DNA from: a virus
Reading direction: 5' to 3' (one strand)
DNA length: 64,000 nucleotides
IMG/VR virus record: IMGVR_UViG_3300042691_046823
The translations under genes were made by a program, and so were the position numbers. Every line of letters begins with the position of its first letter. The stretch's first letter is position 1. Below the pieces are notes generated by a model. It did not search any database. It was not told the origin of the DNA and worked only from the letters and a program-made list of their open reading frames with translations. Below, in pieces: positions 20,014-29,477 of this stretch.

Positions 20014-20386
20014 TAGATTTAAGAAAAAGCCTGCTGTAGCCAAGGAGCCAGCCAAGGAACCTAAGCCTAAAAAGTCTGCCAAGGACATGGCCACCGAGCG
20101 TGGCGATCCTTATGTGGCTATCCTCAGCATGGATGTTGATCCAGAAAATCTGCATCAGGGAGCATTTGAACTTGATTGGAATAGCATCTTTGTCACCCGC
20201 TTGGTCAAAGCCGGATATATGATGAAGCCAGACGATACTGATGCAGAAGTAGTTGATCGCTGGTTCCAGAACGTGTGCCGGCATGTGGTCATGGAGACTT
20301 GGGAGCAAGAACAAGCTATGAATCCCACACCGCAACGGCATATACACAAGCGTGATCTTGGCGACGGCCGGAGTGAAATATCTTGA
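20000..20386 (+). CDS. hypothetical protein
   Basis: AAGGAG SD, coherent ORF. Confidence 0.65.
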   Translation: MGLFDRFKKKPAVAKEPAKEPKPKKSAKDMATERGDPYVAILSMDVDPENLHQGAFELDWNSIFVTRLVKAGYMMKPDDTDAEVVDRWFQNVCRHVVMETWEQEQAMNPTPQRHIHKRDLGDGRSEIS

Positions 20387-20655
20387 TCGACGATCGCCAA
20401 CGAGAAATCATGGTCATCGCGCAGGAAGAAGCCGCAGAGGTCATACAAGAAATTTCCAAGATCTTTCGGTTCGGCATTGATGAATCACATCGTGATGGCA
20501 TGAGTCATCGCGAACGCTTGGCTACGGAAGTAGGCGATCTCTTGGCCATGGTCGATCTCATGATCGACTACAAACTGGTAGATCCGGCCAGATTAGAAAT
20601 AGCCAAGCAACACAAAGTAACCAAGCTTAAAAAATATTCAAGTATCTATCGATGA
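20383..20655 (+). CDS. MazG-like protein
   Basis: QEEAAEVIQEISK..EVGDL. Confidence 0.7.
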   Translation: MIDDRQREIMVIAQEEAAEVIQEISKIFRFGIDESHRDGMSHRERLATEVGDLLAMVDLMIDYKLVDPARLEIAKQHKVTKLKKYSSIYR

Positions 20656-21182
20656 TATTCAATCACATCAAAGAACTCAAACAACAAGGTAAAAAAGTAG
20701 GAATCACATTCTCGACCTTTGACATGTTGCATGCTGGCCATATTGCCATGCTCAGTGAAGCCAAGAATCACTGCGATTATCTAATCTGTGGTCTGCAGAC
20801 TGACCCTACCATAGATCGGCCGGACAGCAAGAATACACCTATCCAGAGCATAGTTGAACGCCAGATACAATTGGCAGCATGCCGTTATGTTGATGAAGTG
20901 GTAGTATACAGCACCGAAGAAGATCTCTGTGACCTGCTGTTGATCTTGCCTGTGGATGTGCGCATCCTGGGTGTGGAATACCAAGGCCAGCACTTTAGTG
21001 GCAAAGATGAATGCCATCGTCGTGACATAGAGTTGGTGTTCAATGCCCGAGATCATTCATTTTCCAGTTCCAGCCTGCGCAAACGGGTGGCCTGGGCTGA
21101 AAGCCAGCGTCTGTTAAAAAATGGGCCTGATCTTGAACCAGGCATGCAGATTCATTCTGAAAATCTTGGTCTCATAAGATGA
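20652..21182 (+). CDS. cytidylyltransferase (TagD-like)
   Basis: TFDMLHAGH (HxGH), RYVDEV, RDHSFSSS. Confidence 0.88.
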   Translation: MIFNHIKELKQQGKKVGITFSTFDMLHAGHIAMLSEAKNHCDYLICGLQTDPTIDRPDSKNTPIQSIVERQIQLAACRYVDEVVVYSTEEDLCDLLLILPVDVRILGVEYQGQHFSGKDECHRRDIELVFNARDHSFSSSSLRKRVAWAESQRLLKNGPDLEPGMQIHSENLGLIR

Positions 21183-21889
21183 TACTGTACGTCAACGGTG
21201 ACAGCCACACAGCCGCGGCCGAAGCTGTCAACGCTCATGCCTTTGCTGAAGACGATCCTCTGCTTCCACATCTTGGACGATTGCCACATCCAGACAATCT
21301 GCGTGTGAGTTGGGGTAGGCTGCTGGCAGATACTTTAAAATCTCATTTCAAGTGCGATGCCGAGAGCGCGGCCAGCAATAGCCGCATATTAAGGACCACC
21401 CGGGCTTGGATGGACTCAGTCACTCACGATGCCAGGGAAATACTCATGGTCATACAGTGGAGCACCTGGGAACGCCGCGAATGGTACATCGACGGGAGAT
21501 ATTACCAAATCAATGCCAGCGGGCAGGATCATGTGCCGGACAATCATCGACAGGCATACAAAGAATATATCGCGGGCGTAGATTGGAATCTTTGCCGCAG
21601 AGACAGCCACAAGGAGATCTGGAGACTGCACGAAGAACTGCAGGATCTCGGTATCAGGCATGTGTTTTTCAATGGCAACAGTGATTTTTCGGCCATAGAC
21701 CAAAAAGACAAAGTGACCTGGGGATCCAGTTACATAGGCCCTTATGATGCCGGCGCCACGTTCAATCAGTGGCTTTTGGACCACGGATATCAGACAGTTG
21801 CACCCAATTCTTGGCATTTTGGACGCGATGCTCATGCGGCCTGGGCTCGTTTTGTGTTACAATACATTGTCCAATCAAAAATGCTATGA
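21179..21889 (+). CDS. SGNH hydrolase-like protein
   Basis: NGDSH, SN, terminal WHF..AH. Confidence 0.55.
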   Translation: MILYVNGDSHTAAAEAVNAHAFAEDDPLLPHLGRLPHPDNLRVSWGRLLADTLKSHFKCDAESAASNSRILRTTRAWMDSVTHDAREILMVIQWSTWERREWYIDGRYYQINASGQDHVPDNHRQAYKEYIAGVDWNLCRRDSHKEIWRLHEELQDLGIRHVFFNGNSDFSAIDQKDKVTWGSSYIGPYDAGATFNQWLLDHGYQTVAPNSWHFGRDAHAAWARFVLQYIVQSKML

Positions 21890-21890
21890 T

Positions 21891-22904
21891 ATGAACTATA
21901 TTCTAATCGATACTGCTAATATGTTTTTCCGGGCCAGGCACGTGGCTTTCCGCGCCGCTGACACCTGGGAAAAAGTAGGCTATGCCCTGCACATCACGCT
22001 GAGTGCCGTAAACAAGGTAGCCCGGCGATTCCAAGCAGATCACGTGGTCTTTGCCTTGGAAGGACGCAGTTGGCGCAAAGATCATTATGCACCCTACAAA
22101 CGCAACAGAGCCGAAGCCAGGGCGGCCTTGACTGAACAAGAACAAGAAGAGGATCGTATGTTTTGGGAAACATATGACTCTTTGACTAAATACCTTGCTG
22201 AACAGACCAACTGTTCGGTGATCAGACATCCCAACGCTGAAGCCGACGATGTCATCGCTCGCTGGATTGCTTTACATCCCCAGGATCAACACACCATAAT
22301 CTCCAGCGATACAGATTTCGTGCAACTCGTCGCCGACAATGTTAGCCAATACAACGGTATCACAGATGAACTGATCAGTATCAAAGGCATATTTGACGCC
22401 AAAGGTCAAGCCATCGTAGACAAAAAAACCAAGATGCCCAAGGCCATTCCAGATCCGGAATGGTTGCTGTTTGAGAAGTGCATGCGAGGTGATGCGTCAG
22501 ACAATGTTTTCTCGGCTTACCCGGGCGTGCGCACCAAAGGTACAAAGAACAAAGTGGGTCTCACAGAAGCCTTCCAGGATCGGCAGAGTCGAGGCTATGC
22601 CTGGAACAATCTTATGTTGCAACGCTGGACTGACCATGATGGGATCGAGCACAGGGTGTTGGATGACTACAATCGCAACCGCAGCCTGATCGATCTCACA
22701 GCACAACCCAATGATATCAAGACCATGGTTGATCAAGCCATACGAGAACAGATCAGTCACAAAGACATAGGGCAGGTAGGCGTGCGATTCATGAAATTTT
22801 GTGCCAAATTTGAACTCAACCGTGCCAGCGATCAAGCTGATCAATTTGGCCGTTGGTTGAATCAAACTTATCAAGGAGGATTAGAACAACATGCTATTAG
22901 CTAA
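21891..22904 (+). CDS. rnh: T4 RNase H-like 5'-3' exonuclease/flap endonuclease
   Basis: LID, YKRNR, EADDVI, SSDTDFVQL, GDASDNV. Confidence 0.88.
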   Translation: MNYILIDTANMFFRARHVAFRAADTWEKVGYALHITLSAVNKVARRFQADHVVFALEGRSWRKDHYAPYKRNRAEARAALTEQEQEEDRMFWETYDSLTKYLAEQTNCSVIRHPNAEADDVIARWIALHPQDQHTIISSDTDFVQLVADNVSQYNGITDELISIKGIFDAKGQAIVDKKTKMPKAIPDPEWLLFEKCMRGDASDNVFSAYPGVRTKGTKNKVGLTEAFQDRQSRGYAWNNLMLQRWTDHDGIEHRVLDDYNRNRSLIDLTAQPNDIKTMVDQAIREQISHKDIGQVGVRFMKFCAKFELNRASDQADQFGRWLNQTYQGGLEQHAIS

Positions 22905-23349
22905 ACCAGTGATACCAAATCAATATTGGATATTGCGTGACGACGATCGCAAGGTCGGCAACATCGAAGCCGGGCCCAACGGAGTGCAGATCCGCATAGA
23001 CAATCACGTAGAAACTTTCAAAGATATCCGACTACTAAAGAAAAAGGTCAAAATATCTTGGCAAGAGTCTGGTCGCGTTTCGGCACCACAAGTGTCCGCG
23101 ATCAATGAAGTCAATGGTTTTCATACAACTTCAAAACCATATAATTCAATCTTTGACGTGCGACATCAAGTACCATTATGGACCAAAGAACCCAGATCCA
23201 AATCTTGGTACGCCGCGGGCTGGTACTGTATCAAGCACGGCCGGTCATGGCGTATAGTAGAATGTCCAAAATTGATCACTCTCGAGCGTTACACATACCA
23301 AGGTCCATTTCAAACCCAGGATCAGGCCAGTGGGCATATACATCAATAA
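22891..23349 (+). CDS. hypothetical protein
   Basis: GGAGG upstream, ORF. Confidence 0.65.
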   Translation: MLLAKPVIPNQYWILRDDDRKVGNIEAGPNGVQIRIDNHVETFKDIRLLKKKVKISWQESGRVSAPQVSAINEVNGFHTTSKPYNSIFDVRHQVPLWTKEPRSKSWYAAGWYCIKHGRSWRIVECPKLITLERYTYQGPFQTQDQASGHIHQ

Positions 23350-23539
23350 ATTCATAGATCGCATCCGTGCCATGGAAAGCAGACCACAGCGCGAACTGAC
23401 AATGAGCCTGTCTGAAGCCAGAGACCTACACAGCGATATCACCAAACTGCTCCTGGCTCTTCACGAACTACATGAAAAGTCTGCTACAATCAACAAACCA
23501 AGCGCCAGCAATTTAGAAGTCGATGGTGGATCCTTCTAA
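23330..23539 (+). CDS. hypothetical protein
   Basis: overlapping ORF in operon. Confidence 0.55.
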   Translation: MGIYINKFIDRIRAMESRPQRELTMSLSEARDLHSDITKLLLALHELHEKSATINKPSASNLEVDGGSF

Positions 23540-23581
23540 AAACTACCTACTTTATGTCATAAATAGAAGTAGGAGTTTATT

Positions 23582-23887
23582 GTGTCAAGACCCAAACCTC
23601 GAGTGTTGGTTGAAATAACCAACAAAACTACTTACAAGACAGAACAGGTACTGGCTGCCGAAGGTATCTGGGCGGTGTTTTTTGATGGCTCACCTATCAA
23701 TCTCAAAACATCCAACATGTTGGTCCAATATCCTGGGCCCAAATACAAAAAAGTTTCATTTTCCAATCAAGGTCATGCCATCAATCTGGCCAAGAAACTC
23801 AACACTCAATTTAAAACTGACAAATTCTCAGTGGTGTTGTTGAAACAAGGGGAGCAGATATTCCCCGATGGCAAATCGAAAACTTGA
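23582..23887 (+). CDS. hypothetical protein
   Basis: ATAAATA motif and AGGAG SD upstream. Confidence 0.7.
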   Translation: MSRPKPRVLVEITNKTTYKTEQVLAAEGIWAVFFDGSPINLKTSNMLVQYPGPKYKKVSFSNQGHAINLAKKLNTQFKTDKFSVVLLKQGEQIFPDGKSKT

Positions 23888-24257
23888 AATAGTCCAGCGT
23901 CTGCTGGTTGACATCCCCGATACACACAAGGAACCAGAATCACAGGCCATGATCACATGGTGGGCCAACATACGCCCCGAAGGTGGCCTTAGGCTGACCC
24001 AACATGGCTATCACATCATGCATGACCTCTTAGAATTGGAATCATGGGAACTGGTGCTGTCGGATCACAATCAAACATCGAGGAATCGTGTAACCAAAAA
24101 AATCGTGTTGGAGTTGGATCGCAAGTTAGAGTGGCCTTACTATCTTGATTACAACTCCAGGAAGAAACGTCGCCGCATAGTGTTCTTTGGCAGTCGCGAA
24201 GCCATGATGGCCACCATGTATGGCGATCTGGAACGGTGGCTGGCCAGCCTGGATTAA
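23868..24257 (+). CDS. hypothetical protein
   Basis: ORF in operon. Confidence 0.6.
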   Translation: MANRKLEIVQRLLVDIPDTHKEPESQAMITWWANIRPEGGLRLTQHGYHIMHDLLELESWELVLSDHNQTSRNRVTKKIVLELDRKLEWPYYLDYNSRKKRRRIVFFGSREAMMATMYGDLERWLASLD

Positions 24258-24273
24258 ACCAAACTCTTTTTTT

Positions 24274-24360
24274 TGTTGTTTTTTTACAACACCCTAAAAA
24301 CAAGCAGGTTAGTGCCCACTAACCACCCGGTTGACCAGAAACGGTGATTTCGGTTATAAT
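24274..24360 (+). promoter_or_regulatory. two inverted repeats plus sigma70-like promoter
   Basis: TGTTGT-N6-ACAACA (24274-91); GGTTAGTG-CC-CACTAACC (24307-24); TTGACC(24331)-N18-TATAAT(24355). Confidence 0.75.
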
Positions 24361-24366
24361 ATGCTT

Positions 24367-24711
24367 ATGGAAATGAAAAAAGCACCCCGTAAAAAACGAG
24401 CAGATCGCACCCACATCGTTTACAAGATCATGTCGGGCACAGACTTCTACATCGGCGTCACTGCCAAGACCGAGTCAACCGTGCTCAAGAGTGTGCGTGT
24501 TCGTATGAACAAGCATCTATATCGTAGCCGAAGCGAAGACAAATCCTGGGCCTTGTACGAAGCCTTGCGTGATCGTGGTCCCGGTGCTTTCGCTTACAGC
24601 ATCGTGTCAGTGGTGCGTGGCAAAAGTGAAGCACACTCGGTTGAGCGTGCCTTGATCCGTGAGATGCGTCCAAACTTGAACACCGATGTCCGTGAAAGGA
24701 AAACAGTATGA
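24367..24711 (+). CDS. GIY-YIG nuclease-domain protein
   Basis: HIVY..FYIGVT, R..KH, ERALI, PNLN. Confidence 0.75.
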   Translation: MEMKKAPRKKRADRTHIVYKIMSGTDFYIGVTAKTESTVLKSVRVRMNKHLYRSRSEDKSWALYEALRDRGPGAFAYSIVSVVRGKSEAHSVERALIREMRPNLNTDVRERKTV

Positions 24712-25094
24712 GCGACCTGAAATCTTGGGAAGAAATGTCCGATCTCGAACGTGCGGCTTGTACTTACTGGGACATGTATAAAGACGCCCACGGTGTTCGT
24801 CCACGCGGTATTGACACCAGCAATTGGACCTTGGAGCAGTTTGAGCAGGAATTCGAACACTTGGGTGCCGTCATTGAGCAAGAAGAAGCGAACCGCAAAG
24901 ACGCTGAATCCACTGCCATAGAAAATTTTGAACAGCATGTGACCAACACAATCTGTATGGGTGCCCAAGATCGCGAAACTGCGCTCAAATGGATCATGCA
25001 GTCCAGCCACGCCGATGGCGACTGGGAATACTTCTGTTTTCTCAACGGCCTACCTTATGGATATTTTCTTGACGTTTTAACTTTGGAGCAATAG
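24708..25094 (+). CDS. hypothetical protein
   Basis: DMYKDAHGVRPR phage-type ORF. Confidence 0.7.
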   Translation: MSDLKSWEEMSDLERAACTYWDMYKDAHGVRPRGIDTSNWTLEQFEQEFEHLGAVIEQEEANRKDAESTAIENFEQHVTNTICMGAQDRETALKWIMQSSHADGDWEYFCFLNGLPYGYFLDVLTLEQ

Positions 25095-25095
25095 C

Positions 25096-25257
25096 ATGGG
25101 ATATTTTTCAAATTTAGCAATTGAAATCGAAGAGGCATTGTTTGAAGGTGCCACGGTGGAGCAGATCGCTGAACGGTTCAACTTGTCAGTGCCGGCTGTG
25201 AAAGCCTATATCGAGCAATTGGAGCAAGCCGATCGCGAACCTTGTGCTTGGGATTGA
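25096..25257 (+). CDS. small helix-turn-helix protein (53 aa)
   Basis: GGAG SD; GATVEQIAERFNLSVPAVKAYI; below ORF-track cutoff. Confidence 0.6.
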   Translation: MGYFSNLAIEIEEALFEGATVEQIAERFNLSVPAVKAYIEQLEQADREPCAWD

Positions 25258-25283
25258 CCAGAAACGGTGAGATCGGTTATAAT
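25254..25283 (+). promoter_or_regulatory. sigma70-like promoter, near copy of 24331
   Basis: TTGACCAGAAACGGTGAGATCGGTTATAAT. Confidence 0.8.
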
Positions 25284-25307
25284 AAACGAAACTATCAAGG
25301 AGCAACA

Positions 25308-25574
25308 ATGTATCTACAACTATTACCTATCTCAGAACAACAAGCCGTGGTGCGAGCCTTGCGTGGCTGGCAGTTTGACCGCAAGTCTCATGGCAGTCTC
25401 TATGATCGAGGCCGTGCCGATTCATACTATGGCCGCGCACCTACCCCGCACTATGGTGGTGTGGGCGGTGATTCGGGTCATCGTGTCCGGGTCACAGACT
25501 CTGCATCGGTAGCAGAATACCAGGCCGGCTATGACGACAACGAACGGTCCGGTGACCACAAAGACTGGCGATGA
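25308..25574 (+). CDS. hypothetical protein
   Basis: AAGGAG SD; YDRGRADSYY. Confidence 0.7.
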   Translation: MYLQLLPISEQQAVVRALRGWQFDRKSHGSLYDRGRADSYYGRAPTPHYGGVGGDSGHRVRVTDSASVAEYQAGYDDNERSGDHKDWR

Positions 25575-25711
25575 CCAACATAAAAAAACAGATCAAGACA
25601 CGCAACTGGGTGGCCAAGCACAACTTTAACCGCCCGGTGCGTCATCGCGATCGTATCGATTATCAACGACAGCCCAAGCACAGGGCCAAGGAGCAATACA
25701 ATGAGCATTGA
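25571..25711 (+). CDS. small basic protein, possibly ArfA-like
   Basis: 46 aa, RNWVAKHNFNR...YQRQPKH; coupled ATGA start. Confidence 0.4.
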   Translation: MTNIKKQIKTRNWVAKHNFNRPVRHRDRIDYQRQPKHRAKEQYNEH

Positions 25712-25931
25712 AATCTCGGGCCTGAGCCCAAGACAGATAGACTTGGCCAACCGCATCTGGAGCATGGACTCCATGGAAGAAGTAGTAGCGTTTTTTGACA
25801 CCCTGCCACAACGGGCCAAGATCGATGCTTACATAGTGTACCAAATGATCTTGTTGGCATGGCAGGATGAAGAACCTGTAGGCGAGTGCGCTGAGGCTTG
25901 CGAAGTTATTGATTACATCAGGAGCCTATGA
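25701..25931 (+). CDS. hypothetical protein
   Basis: AAGGAG SD. Confidence 0.65.
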   Translation: MSIEISGLSPRQIDLANRIWSMDSMEEVVAFFDTLPQRAKIDAYIVYQMILLAWQDEEPVGECAEACEVIDYIRSL

Positions 25932-26626
25932 TGCTAAAATACAAGACCATATCAGAAGTCAACACGATCCAGGACCGACTGCGGCGCAACAGTTATGGCG
26001 GCACTTACTGGCGACAAGAAACCCATAATCGCGAGACCGATACCCTGAGCCTGTTTACATTGAGTACTGAAGCCCGGAGAGACAGTGAACACAATTTTGA
26101 CCTTGTGATGGACACAGCCCGGCACTTCGGCCAAGACCTTGTAGTGATCAAACCACAGCAGGTACAGATAGCCGGTGCAGGCGATGGCAGTGTAAATCAA
26201 GAGATAGTCAAGGTACTGTTTCCACGGCCGTGGTTGCGCGAATATGAGAAGTGGATAGACACCACCCATCCTATGAGTCCAAAGTTAGACCATAGTGAGC
26301 AGGGTGCAGTAGCAGAATTCTACACATATCGCCCGGCCATGTGCTTGCGTGAGCAACAGGGTGTGTATGATGTCACCACTGGTCAGCGGTTGACCAATCG
26401 CAGGCACATAATCGAGCGGATGTGGCAGTTGGGATTCGCCGCACAGCGTGGCCGGCCCTTGAGCATGGCCAGGACCAGGTGGACCGGTAACAGAGAAGAA
26501 CTCACAGAGATAGCAGACTTGGCCGATCGGCATTGGAATCGACGCAACACATCAGAGGCCTCTAAGAAACTGGTGTCGGTATGGCGTAGCATCAATCGTT
26601 ACTCGGCCTGGCCGGGATCATGGTAA
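25928..26626 (+). CDS. hypothetical protein
   Basis: 232 aa ORF, GGAG SD. Confidence 0.65.
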   Translation: MMLKYKTISEVNTIQDRLRRNSYGGTYWRQETHNRETDTLSLFTLSTEARRDSEHNFDLVMDTARHFGQDLVVIKPQQVQIAGAGDGSVNQEIVKVLFPRPWLREYEKWIDTTHPMSPKLDHSEQGAVAEFYTYRPAMCLREQQGVYDVTTGQRLTNRRHIIERMWQLGFAAQRGRPLSMARTRWTGNREELTEIADLADRHWNRRNTSEASKKLVSVWRSINRYSAWPGSW

Positions 26627-26630
26627 AGCC

Positions 26631-26849
26631 TTGAGTGATCTCCATGACATTTTCCCCTATGAATGTACCACGCGACATCCCTATGATCAAGTGGTACCAT
26701 GGTTGGAAGCCAACATCGGCGAGTTTGATCGTGAGTGGTATCGCTACGGATCTGACATAGCCGAAGGGGTTACAGGATGGGATCCGTACGACTTCTACAG
26801 ATTCCGAGATGAGCAAGCCGCGGTGTTGTTTCGATTGAGGTGGTCATGA
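26631..26849 (+). CDS. small protein of the F-x-L-R/K-W C-terminal family
   Basis: ends FRDEQAAVLFRLRWS. Confidence 0.6.
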   Translation: MSDLHDIFPYECTTRHPYDQVVPWLEANIGEFDREWYRYGSDIAEGVTGWDPYDFYRFRDEQAAVLFRLRWS

Positions 26850-27700
26850 TCGTTATATTGTTCACTGCCGGAAATTTTGGAAGTACCATAGAATATTGTT
26901 TACGAGAATTTAGCAATGAACTGAAGAAAGTACAGTTCGGCTTGCTCGAAGATGGATCCATGCACGGATATGGAAAATCTTTCCATCCAGTGACATTTGA
27001 CCAATGGAACAATCACCCATCAGGCATAGACATAGCCACCCCTGTGTTTCCGAATAAAAACTATCAATCGCCAATGGATTCTTTGATGTTTTACCAAACT
27101 CAAATTAAAAAAGAAGATTCTGTCATTTTCATTGATAGCAATTCTCTTGATCAAGCTCAGCGCACCCAATTATTCAATTATCACAAAAATAAAAACAATG
27201 GCTTATTAGACGTCCTAATGCGGGATAAAGCCCAAAGTTGGAATGCAGAGTACACACATTGGCAAGACATGCAGATTTTTGAGCTCCGAGAAGCATTGAG
27301 TTTTTATGCAGATCAACAGCATCAATATGTAAACTTAAAAAATCATGCGCCTTCAGATTGGCTCATAGTTGATCCAGATAAAATTATTTGGAATTTACCA
27401 AGAGAAATCACCCGCATGATGCCACACTGCGGCCTCACAATCAACGATGAAGATTTAGAAGAATTCTACCAAAAATGGCTGGATAAACAAAAATACGTTT
27501 TGGACGAATTCGATTTGATTATAAAAATACTCAATTATCTTGATACTGATCAATTCTTATCCTGGCCGGGATTATCATTGTTTGGTGAAGCTATACTGCA
27601 ATCAAGACTGCGACAAAATGGACATGAGTTGGATATGGTGGACCTCAATCAATTTCCTAATAACACTGTTGATCTACGTGGAAAATTAATCAGGGCATAA
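26846..27700 (+). CDS. hypothetical protein (AT-rich)
   Basis: 284 aa ORF. Confidence 0.65.
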   Translation: MIVILFTAGNFGSTIEYCLREFSNELKKVQFGLLEDGSMHGYGKSFHPVTFDQWNNHPSGIDIATPVFPNKNYQSPMDSLMFYQTQIKKEDSVIFIDSNSLDQAQRTQLFNYHKNKNNGLLDVLMRDKAQSWNAEYTHWQDMQIFELREALSFYADQQHQYVNLKNHAPSDWLIVDPDKIIWNLPREITRMMPHCGLTINDEDLEEFYQKWLDKQKYVLDEFDLIIKILNYLDTDQFLSWPGLSLFGEAILQSRLRQNGHELDMVDLNQFPNNTVDLRGKLIRA

Positions 27701-27709
27701 ATTACAGTC

Positions 27710-27979
27710 ATGATCGATTTTTACTATGAATTTCCCGATAACACCCTGCTGTTTGATCGACCCACAAGATTCGCTTTCATGCGGGGATATCATCCCGAGG
27801 AAGCATCTACCACCCAGCACTTGTTCCACAGCCAATGTTTGATCTTGGCCTCTCGCGTTTGGTTGGAGAACGCCAATGGTGCTGTACTGGTCAAGATAGG
27901 GCGGCATGATGTACATGAATCTATCAACCCCCGCGAACTGATCTGGATCAAACTACAAGCTCGTGAAATTGAATTATAA
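27710..27979 (+). CDS. hypothetical protein
   Basis: ORF before terminator. Confidence 0.55.
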   Translation: MIDFYYEFPDNTLLFDRPTRFAFMRGYHPEEASTTQHLFHSQCLILASRVWLENANGAVLVKIGRHDVHESINPRELIWIKLQAREIEL

Positions 27980-28004
27980 AAAACCGCCTCAGTGGCGGTT
28001 TTTT
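27978..28004. terminator. bidirectional intrinsic terminator
   Basis: A-run, CCGCC/GGCGG stem, T-run between convergent genes. Confidence 0.85.
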
Positions 28005-28009
28005 GTTGT

Positions 28010-29020
28010 TCAGTGATTGATCTGGCTCCACACACGCTGGCGTATCTGTTGCGTGAGGCTCTCGGGCAACGCCACGTAGTCCAAGTCGGCAGCGTCTTTT
28101 TTACCATTCTTAAAAGCCCAGTCAAAGAATTTCAAGACTTCTTGACTGGCTCGCTTGTCGGCAGGATCTCGGTACATGATTATAAATGAAGCAGATGAAA
28201 TAGGCCATGCGTTGGGATTCCGTTGATCCACGATTGAAAGTCCCATGCCCGGCACGGAGAACCAATCAGCACCATCGGCAGCGGCTGCGAATGTGAGATC
28301 ATCAGGTGCCACATATTTTCCGCTCCGGTTCTGGAGCAACATGTAGTTCATGTTGTTTTTCTTCACATAGGCATATTCCACATATCCTATGGATCCTTTC
28401 ACACGGTTCACGTTGGCTGCCACACCTTCGTTGCCTTTGCCACCCACAGCCATGGCGGGTATCCATTTCACAGCGGGGCCACGTCCTACTCGATCAGCCC
28501 AAGATTTGCTCACTGTGGCAAGATAGTCTGTGAAGTTAAAGGTGGTGCCCGAACCATCCGCACGGTGTACCGGAGTGATGGGCAGATCTGGTAACCGTTT
28601 ACCAGGATTCAAAGCGGCGATTTTGGGATCATTCCATTTGACAATGTCTCCCATGTATATCTCGGCCAACACAGGTCCAGTGATACGCAGTTCACCAGGT
28701 CGGAATCCTTCCAAGTTGATGACAGGTACGGTGCCTCCAATGATGGCTGGAAACTGTACCATGCCACCTTGGTCAAGTTCTTCACCTTTCATGGGTGCGT
28801 CAGTGGCACCAAAGGTCACAGTTTTTGCACGGATCTGGCGTATACCGCCCGATGATCCAATGCTTTGATAGTTGAGTCCCACACCAGTGGCCTTTTTATA
28901 ACCTTCAGCCCACTTGGCGTAGATTGGATAAGGGAATGTAGCACCTGCGCCTGTGATGTCGGCTGCTTGAACGGGTATGGCGATGGCTGCGAACACAGCC
29001 AATATGAATTTCTTGATCAT
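28010..29020 (-). CDS. pstS: phosphate ABC transporter substrate-binding protein
   Basis: GAGATFPYP, YQSIGSSGG, RADGSGTT, GKGNEGVA; signal peptide. Confidence 0.95.
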   Translation of the reverse strand: MIKKFILAVFAAIAIPVQAADITGAGATFPYPIYAKWAEGYKKATGVGLNYQSIGSSGGIRQIRAKTVTFGATDAPMKGEELDQGGMVQFPAIIGGTVPVINLEGFRPGELRITGPVLAEIYMGDIVKWNDPKIAALNPGKRLPDLPITPVHRADGSGTTFNFTDYLATVSKSWADRVGRGPAVKWIPAMAVGGKGNEGVAANVNRVKGSIGYVEYAYVKKNNMNYMLLQNRSGKYVAPDDLTFAAAADGADWFSVPGMGLSIVDQRNPNAWPISSASFIIMYRDPADKRASQEVLKFFDWAFKNGKKDAADLDYVALPESLTQQIRQRVWSQINH

Positions 29021-29064
29021 TGACATCTCCTTTTGGTTGTTGTGTCGCAATATATTTAGATCAG

Positions 29065-29086
29065 ATTGTGTTACCATTTTGTTACA
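29065..29086 (-). promoter_or_regulatory. Pho box-like tandem repeat
   Basis: minus strand TGTAACAAAAT-GGTAACACAAT, 11-bp period, upstream of pstS. Confidence 0.65.
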
Positions 29087-29105
29087 CTTGTGAAATTACT
29101 TGAAG

Positions 29106-29134
29106 TTGACCTATAACCCAGATCCTGCTACAAT
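29106..29134 (+). promoter_or_regulatory. sigma70-like promoter for tRNA
   Basis: TTGACC-N17-TACAAT with TG extension. Confidence 0.75.
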
Positions 29135-29142
29135 ACTCAAAT

Positions 29143-29218
29143 GGGCCTGTAGCTTAAACAGTGAAGCAAGCGACTCATAATCGCTAGAGTGCGGGTGCAA
29201 GTCCTGCCGGGCCCACCA
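29143..29218 (+). tRNA. tRNA-Ile2 (CAU), possibly Met
   Basis: cloverleaf, AGCGA-CTCATAA-TCGCT arm like ileX, encoded CCA; T-loop reads TGCAAGT. Confidence 0.85.
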
Positions 29219-29237
29219 TATAACACAAAGGTACCAC

Positions 29238-29477
29238 ATGTCCGAACCCAAAAAGAAAATCCATATTGAATTTGCGCCTGGTGCTTTTGACCAATTTGAC
29301 GGTACCCAGGAAGAACTGGATGCGTTTATCGCTGAACTGCAAAGGATGGCTGACTCAGGGGAATTGGAAGAACAAAGCTTAAGCCTGGATGACGACGAGG
29401 CCTGGAATCAACTGTCAGAAGAAGAGCAGATCATTATCTCAAACGCGATCAACCGGCCCGATGAGACACGACACTAA
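29238..29477 (+). CDS. acidic hypothetical protein
   Basis: ORF with AAGG SD. Confidence 0.65.
   Translation: MSEPKKKIHIEFAPGAFDQFDGTQEELDAFIAELQRMADSGELEEQSLSLDDDEAWNQLSEEEQIIISNAINRPDETRH

Noticed and set aside
24367-24711. Homing endonuclease or intron
   Set aside because: Short stand-alone GIY-YIG domain with no DNA-binding extension and no interrupted gene nearby.
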